Source: Paramoeba atlantica
Lineage: Eukaryota > Protista > Discosea
Direction of reading: 5' to 3'
Length of the DNA: 64,000 bases
NCBI GenBank assembly: GCA_977017575.1
Contig: CDRNVI010000001.1
Span: 1 to 64,000, forward strand
The translations under genes were made by a program, and so were the position numbers. Positions within the stretch are counted from its first letter, which is position 1. Each line of letters starts with the position of its first letter. Below are positions 56,571 to 64,000 of this stretch, piece by piece. Below the pieces are notes generated by a model that saw only the letters and a program-made list of their open reading frames with translations, was not told the DNA's origin and did not search any database.

Positions 56571-58490
56571 GAATTGTGCATCATAAATATTATAAGAAAG
56601 AAAGAAAGCACTAAGCAAAACAATATCTTCATTCCCCTCTTCTATCTGATATTTGATACGTTCAATTCTATGCACATTCAAAATTCATATGAATACTGTA
56701 TGACCGGTCATAACATAACAAAATTAAATAATCCCACAACACTTCTGTCCTCTCCCAGCTTGCGAACGGGTGACGCGGGGAGTGGTTAGGGGGTTTGGCG
56801 GGTGGGGAAACTTTAACTGTCGCGAGTTAACAAAGGAAATAAAGTCTTGAATTTATAATCACCATAGCAAACGTCATATTCGTCTGTATACACATGGGGT
56901 TACATCTGGGGGGTGTATATATCAAATCAGTTGAATTCTTACAACAGGTACAATGCCCCTCGGCCATCACACAATAGATAAACTGGTATAACGTAAATAA
57001 TTTATTCGCCCAATTCTCTCCGTAAACTATGAGAATTGTGCATCATAAATATTATAAGAAAGAAAGAAAGCAGGGTACGAGGACACTTCCGTGAGTACTC
57101 ATCGAAACGCCCACGTGTCAAAACGAAAATCATCGAAACGAAAGAAACTCATCGAAGGTGATTTTAATTACTTTTGAGGTGGTAGCTGCATTTTCGACTA
57201 AAAAACAAATACACAATCCTGCGGAAGTGGCAGACATAGGTTTTCAGTGCGCGACCCGCGCGCTCCAGCGCTCGGGTCGCCAAAAAATATAATTCTGTCC
57301 CAGGGCTACGCTCACAGTTGGGCCTTGCTCGCAAACGGGGGCTTTTGCCTCCAGAAGTGGGCCTCTCTCAAAGTTGGGCCTTGCCTCCAGACACGTAAAC
57401 TAGGTGTCGTAGTATAGGAAAACAAATACACAAACCTGCGGAAGTGGCAGACACAGATTCTCAGTGTCGCCGCTTTCTTATTTTCATGTTCTCGATTTTT
57501 TTCTTTCCAAAGCAATTAAAATCACCTCCGATGAGAAGATTGACGTTTCGATGAGTCACCCTGTGACACGTAGGCACTTCGATGAGAAATCATCGAAGTG
57601 TCTCAAAAACTCACGGAAGTGCCCGTGGAGCCAGAAAGCACTAAGCAAAACAATATCTTCATTCCCCTCTTCTATCTGATATTTGATACGTTCAATTCTA
57701 TGCACATTCAAAATTCATATGAATACTGTATGACCGGTCATAACATAACAAAATTAAATAATCCCACAACACTTCTGTCCTCTCCAAGCTTGCGAACGGG
57801 TGACGCGGGGACCACACATTCGCTCGTCCTACTTCCATTTACAACCCAATCGCACGTTGATGTATTTCAGCGGTGCCTACTCCGCCAAAATAAATCATAA
57901 GGAAATTCCATATCGCTCACCGTACCCGTGCTTCTCGATATTCACTACTACATTTTTTTTTAATGATTCTATATAAATAACTATATAAATAAGATTTTTT
58001 TTTTTTGGTATCGTATCTTCAAATTCAAAGTAAGTCGACTACATGACATCTGCTTTATCCGGGTCTACCGTGCAGAGTCTACTATAAGGATCGGCCGGAT
58101 TTTCGCTCGAACAAATATACTGTGCCTGAACGGCGACACCTTTACGCTTTAAGAAATCTAACAACCGGCGTAGCTCAGAAGTTATACCGTCTGAACGTGA
58201 CATTTTTCTATTTATCGCAGCAACGCACGAAGTATTGTCAACATACAGGTCGACGCATGTATCCGAGTTGAAATGATGACCATATTTTTGAAAGGCCAAG
58301 CGAACAGCCCGCGCTTCCGCGCGGTTAACTTCATACTCGAAATCAGGGGGCCATTGAGATCCAGTGCACAACATTTGTCCGTAATCCAGATATAAAACTG
58401 CCCCCCAACCCTTCGAGGAGGCGTCTGTACATAAAATGTGCCGATGCGGAACTGTTTCCGGATGCGGAAGCGGAACTGGACTCTGTGAAT
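56571..58490 (-). mobile_element. 3' end of YR-element C: RNase H fragment (58039-58490) and B1-A2-B2 split direct repeats
   Basis: TDASSKGWG...SENPADPYSR; the block 56571-56780 recurs at 57033-57810 (split by a MITE); 56812-57030 is homologous to the 5' end of element A. Confidence 0.78.
57071..57632. mobile_element. hAT-like MITE with a damaged right end
   Basis: CAGGGT start; shared inverted CACTTCCGTGAGT; CATCGAA subterminal repeats; interrupts a sequence that is intact at 56590-56620. Confidence 0.6.
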
Positions 58491-58956
58491 AACACGTCTT
58501 CGCGTGCAGAATTGTGTGCGTTTTCCAGGGCATTGTCAATCGGACAACAGAGATCTCAAATATGCGTTATCCACGTAGACTCTGAATATGTTTGGAAATT
58601 CTGGCATTATTGGCGCATAGCATATCAACTGGATGGATATTCTGATTTAGAGAACGTTGATCTGTTGCGTACAATTGGGGCCAAAGCCAAACACATACTG
58701 AAAGCGCACACAATTCTAGTCATCAAAGTCAGGGCTCACTGTGGAAACATTCGCAATGAATTGGTTGATAGATTGGCATCTCACGCGTCAAAGAGCAACA
58801 TATCGCTGTTAACGCAAGAGACAATTTTTGAACTACCCAATGTAAACATAAGCGTAGTTGAAGTTGCATCAGAGCATAAGCAAGAGGAATGTAAACACAA
58901 GTGTAAGAACAAAAGCACGTGCGGTCACAAATGTTGCAAGCGGCATCTCCCTGTCT
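58485..58956 (+). pseudogene. RNase H1-like domain plus CxHxCxxKxxCxHxCC finger, truncated at both ends
   Basis: SRAELCAF, IHVDSEYV, KVRAHCGNIRNELVDRLA, then CKHKCKNKSTCGHKCCK. Confidence 0.75.
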
Positions 58957-61900
58957 ATAAAGATACAGTTTCCGTACCTTGTTGAATTAATTTTCATCTT
59001 TTGTACTAACTGTTATCACCCCTACAGGGGCATGTCACTCCACACCACTACCTCTGCCCCCCAGGCGCAAGGCGACCTCCCTGGAGGATCTGCTGGCGCA
59101 AAACCTTCACGCAAGCATACCTTCAACTTCACACAAAAAAGTGCGATTTCTGTAAAAATAAGACACTCAACTTCCACATCATGGCTCTATTTCCCTGACA
59201 TCCACGCGGCGGCTTGTTTTCTAACCAAGAAGAGGCACTTCAATGCCGAAATTTCAGCGGAACTTTCCTTAGCACGAACCCTTCGAAACAGGAGCAAAGC
59301 GGTCTGATGGTATATTAGTAGAAAAATGCACTTTACAAGACGTAATGAACGAGGAAGCATGCGAACATTTCGTATTCCGCGAAATTGCACCGCCACACAG
59401 GATATTCCGGCACACTAGCTGGGCGACAGCACACGCAGACGCATCTCTACAGCTAAATAAACAGTACTCTTGTCCTGGAACCCTTGGACGCGCCATCAAG
59501 AAGAAACTGGCTGGGAACAACATCTCGGGACTTGCGGCGTTCGACCTAACCCACGTCCACACTAAGGAAGTACACGATGAAGGCTCTTGGGAAAGAACTA
59601 GGATTGAGTACGGCGAACCTTTCCTGATCCGGAAGCCCAACCAGGCGGCGGCACAAGGAACGCGGACAGTGCGGCAACAACCTTGTACCCACCGCTGCTT
59701 GAATAAACGCACCTGTCTCCACCCGTGTTGCAAAGTTGGGATGGAACCCGAGCTCACCAACAATCGTCCAGAGGAACCGGGTGGCCACGCACCAAACAGA
59801 AGTCATCCGCTGCCTCGTACAACGGACGAACCAACCCCCAACCACGAAGCTCGACCCAGCCGTACTCAACCGTGTGCTCATCGATGTTTGAACAAGCGCA
59901 TATGCCTCCACCAATGTTGCAAGATCAGTATTGACCCCGAACCTATGGACCACCCCTCACCTCACCCAGATATGCAGAGAGCAGATAGTGCAATCCAAAA
60001 GTCTGATGCCAGGCCTGATGCTACACCATGGCTTCGAGATGAACAAACGTCTAGCACATGCGCGACACCTCGACGATCATGTAAACACATTTGCCAAAAC
60101 AAGCAACAATGTAAGCACATGTGTTGCAAGATTGGGGTAAAGATCGACCCTAGAAGACTTGAATCCCTAAACGAAGAAACAACAGTAATTGCCACCCCTC
60201 CCTCACCCGCCCCACGCACTCAGACACCGCCAGACAGAAATCTGCATCACATAACAAGGTCGGAAGAACAAGAACTCTCGCGCAGGCCCTGCAAGCACGT
60301 ATGCCGCAACAAGGCTGAATGCAAACACCAATGTTGTAAGGAGGGAGTACTCAGCCGCCCTCAGGACTCTCGGCAGGAACCCACCCGCTGGAGCCTACGC
60401 AACCTCTTCTCGTGGAATCTGTCTAACAACGAGACAAACGGACAAGCACCTGCTGGTCACAGCGAAAGATCCGTATCTTCTGAGCCCCAAAGACAGGTAG
60501 AAACCAAAATAGGCGCCGCACGGAGTTCACCACGAGATCAGCGCCACGAAAGACGCTCCACAAATGCCTCCGAAGAAACCCGCATCAATCAGTCTCCACG
60601 ACAACCAGCACATCCACCGGTGAACAACGTAACCTCGGAACCAGCGCCAACCTTCGGAACTGAAAGTAACACACAGACGCTTACCCAGACTCTCCCACCG
60701 CGGGGCGGACCACGGCAGACCCACGGGCCGAATGACAGCACGATCCTGAACTCACAGAGGAATAGATCTCGAAATGAAAACATATTAGACACCGAGACGG
60801 CTGAATACTTGTTAAGCACCATGCGTACGATCGAAGGAGGGCGGGTAATGATAAGCCTCTCACAGGACCAATGGCAGCTGGCAATAAAGAAGGCCATGGA
60901 TAGATGTAAAAAGTACTTAAAGCCTGCATCAACCCCGAGCGAAGCCCTACTACATACGGAATTACTGACAGCTTGCATGCGGTCTCGGTTTATGAAGTTG
61001 TACGGGAACTCGACCCCACCAAAGGGTTCAAATTGCGCTCCAAAATTGGCCATGCGAAACGCCCCACACGACCCCTTAGCTATGACCGCTCTGCGAAGCA
61101 ACTAGCAGGACACATCCGTCAACTGAAACGTACTCTTTCCTTTACCCACGGACGCTCAGAAAGGGACCGCTTGATCGGCAACATAAAAGAAGCGACCAAA
61201 GCGCATAAGCTGTACACGGAAGAAGCGAAACTAGTAACAAGAACGAGAGAAACGCTGGATGATGGACAGGTTCCAAAGAAACCCTTGGACAGCAGCCGGA
61301 GAGTGTCTTGACAAGAACGAGCAACTGGTAAATCAGCCGGCAACCTTTCCAGACTGCTCGCAAGCAGCTATCGAAACATTTTTCCAAGAATCGTTAAGCA
61401 CAGACACGGAAGATCATAGTCTACCTCCAACAAACCTCCTTGGCCTGGATCTAGAGAATGCAATGGAATGGGAAGCAATCGACGTACCAACCATAGCAGT
61501 GGCAATCTCCTCGAAACGCCCCTCGGCTGCCCCAGGCTCCGATACCGTGGGAAACGCACTTCTTCGACGCTGCGAAGAGCTCTACCCGTTCATCGCGCAA
61601 GTCTTCAACGACGTACTGAAGCATTCGGTCAGCCCTCCCTATTGGAAACAGGCCGTCACCCGACTCATTCACAAAGGCGGAGCTCCCAACCAATTGTCCA
61701 ACTGGAGACCCATCAGTCTTACGAGCTGCCTTGGTAAGTTACTCCACTCCATTATTGGCCACAGAATCTTGAGCCATGCTGTGACGACAGGAATAATTGA
61801 CACAACCATACGAAAAGGATTTTTGCCAAACGTAAATGGAACTATCGAGCATACCCAGTCACTCTGTGAACTATTGGACTTTCAACGACAGCATAAACGA

Positions 61901-63919
61901 CAATACTGCCTTGGTCAATTTGACTTAAAGAACGCGTTTGGTTCTCTCCCACACTCCATTCTCTTTCAAGTCCTAACGTGGGCAAAGGTATCACCTCAAA
62001 TCATCGCTTACATCCGCTCCCTATACCATGATGCGACTATCCGGATCAAATGTTCGGAAGGGCTGACCAAACACATCCCCGTCAAACGAGGTGTCCTCCA
62101 GGGCGACACACTATCCCCCGTACTATTCAATCTCGCCATGGAAGTGGTTCTACGATATCTCCGATCGAGCTTCCCTAGCTATGGTATTAAATGGGGCAAC
62201 CAAGAGTCGTTCTTAAAAGCCTTTGCAGACGATCTGGCTATCATCACGAACTCGGCTGAAGAAATGCAACACGTGACGAACGCCCTGGTGAACATGCTTT
62301 CCAGGTTAGGCATGCGCCTTAACGTACCGAAATGTCGTCTCCAACACATGTCTGTAGCAGAAGGCGGATATAAGACCCACAGACCCCGTATCTTGGCATA
62401 CGGTGAGAGTATTCCCAACGTTTGCGACAAAGGAAGTCAGTTCCTAGGTATGACACTCGCGCCGGGGGCCCAACAAGGGAAAGTACTGTTCAAAAGTCTC
62501 CTAAAGCAGCTACGATTTTGGTTGAACAATGTATCCAATAGTGCCCTAGATACCCCCGCTCGTCTCTGGGCCTATAATAACGTAATCATATCTCGCCTGC
62601 GATATGTGCTCACGGTCAATCCAGGAATCACACTAAACTTTATCCTTCGACTACAAAAATATGCGACGAGACACATTCGAAAATGGATAAACATGGCCAA
62701 AACAGCTACGAGCGAAGTTCTGTACTCTGAACGCGGCTGGGCTCTCACCAGCCTGTCTAAGCTTTGGTTACTCTGCACAGGCACAGCAGTTGAACAGATG
62801 AAAAAATCTCGTGATCCAGCAGTGCAACAAGCGCTGAGATATCGCATCCGTCGTGAACACGACAAACGTTCTTCCGGACAAGTGCGACCAGTCGTCGAGT
62901 TGTACGACCGCAGTGGAAATTACGCATCGACACGGCAATACATTGAACATGAATACGAAAGACATCTCTCAGAAGCTGTGCAGCGTCGAGCACCAATCGC
63001 GGGGCAGTGGTTTCGCATGGCTACAGAAGACGACCTCGCGAAAGACTTCGCTGCTGCTCTGTGCAATATTAAAAGTACGTCGCTCTCCAGATTTGCTTCA
63101 TCTGTTCTGACACAGACACTTACACCGCTGGGGCCTCAGTTCCCACACGAACCGTAAATGCCCCATTTGCACAGAAGACGTACAAACTGTGCGCCACGTT
63201 CTAACAGGCTGCAAGGCCGCCCTGCAACAGGGGCGGTATACCTTCCGTCACAACCTCATTCTACACGCCCTTGCAGATGCTATTCGACAATCCCCCGAAA
63301 CCGCACAGTATCACTTTGACCTCGCTCACCATCAGAATCCGCCAACCTGGCTGAGCGGGCAAGAAACGTCCCTCCGACCTGATGGATGGGTCCAACTTAA
63401 GAACGGTTCTGAGTTCATACTCGAACTGACATCTCCGTGGGAGGAAAACTTTATCTCCTCACACGAACGGAAGATGCAGAAGTATGGACATATGTATCTA
63501 CAACGGAAAATGTCGAACCCAGCCACTTTTCTCCTGGCCATTGAAGTAGGTGCCAGGGGAAAGCTCAACAGCTCAACTCGAGCACTGAACTCCCTTTTTG
63601 GTGGAAACAAGGCCACCGCCTCGCGATGTCGTCAGCATATGGTAACAAGAGCCCTTAGTGGCAGTTTCAAAATTTTTAATAATCGCGACATTGAGCAGTG
63701 GAGTGAGGGCACGTGCTGGTGAAGAGTTTTAAAAACCTAGGAGAAACTCGTTTTGTGCGAGGATTGCGTGCTAGTCATGCATCTTTTAGGTATCAATCTC
63801 TGCAGTTAAACTGCATGAATATCAAAAGCGTGTGCGTGATTGAAAGTCAAAATGCATAGGTACTTAGTCACACACACAAAAAAAAATGTGTGATGTATTA
63901 TTATTATATTATTATTAAT
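58957..63919 (+). mobile_element. SL-capped RLE-type LINE (NeSL/HERO/R4-like), at least 4 frameshifts, (TAT)n tail
   Basis: SL 3' part 58957-58984; RT NWRPISL, FDLKNAFG, QGDTLSP, AFADDL; CCHC plus YTFRHN, LRPDG, ELTSPWE, RKMQKY. Confidence 0.87.
61259..63157 (+). pseudogene. RT domain segment of the RLE LINE
   Basis: Canonical non-LTR RT motifs; frameshifted at both ends. Confidence 0.9.
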
Positions 63920-64000
63920 GCCGTGGCAGATCAGTTCGCCGACCTTTGCAGCAGAGCCAAACTGGCCCCACAACGAGAAAAAAGTCTTGGCAACAGAGGC
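63917..64000 (+). pseudogene. Start of another CRE REL fragment (runs off the window)
   Basis: NAVADQFADLCSRAKLAPQREKSLGNRG vs NALCVEFASFCSKANIAPQREKSLGNRG in CRE B. Confidence 0.85.

Overview
Eukaryotic, almost certainly euglenozoan (kinetoplastid/diplonemid-like), transposon graveyard with no recognisable host gene. The lineage call rests on a recurring ~38-nt spliced-leader (SL)-like exon with the conserved ACAGTTTCTGTAC core and on the element types: CRE/SLACS-clade LINEs and VIPER/TATE-like tyrosine-recombinase (YR) retrotransposons. Contents: two near-full CRE elements (one with an intact 1198-aa ORF); one decayed RLE-type (NeSL/HERO/R4-like) LINE; six YR-retroelements or fragments; an apparently intact pogo-type transposon; three Tc1-type elements; two hAT-like non-autonomous elements; three SINE-like families; and a 171-bp satellite. 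A 5.09-kb segment is repeated four times in tandem (8216-28577). Nesting could be reconstructed from target-site duplications (TSDs) and empty sites. The most unusual signals are: (1) SL exons fixed at the 5' ends of unrelated retroelements; (2) an Ataxin-2/Pbp1 LsmAD-like domain at the N-terminus of both CRE proteins; (3) Mer3/HFM1-type zinc fingers plus NUMOD1-like modules in the RLE LINE; (4) a covarying RNA hairpin module repeated in two SINE families; (5) a covarying pseudoknot-like 3' UTR in CRE; and (6) split direct repeats with an att-like junction and a YxDG RT motif in the YR elements. All alignments and folds were done by eye; no database search was run.
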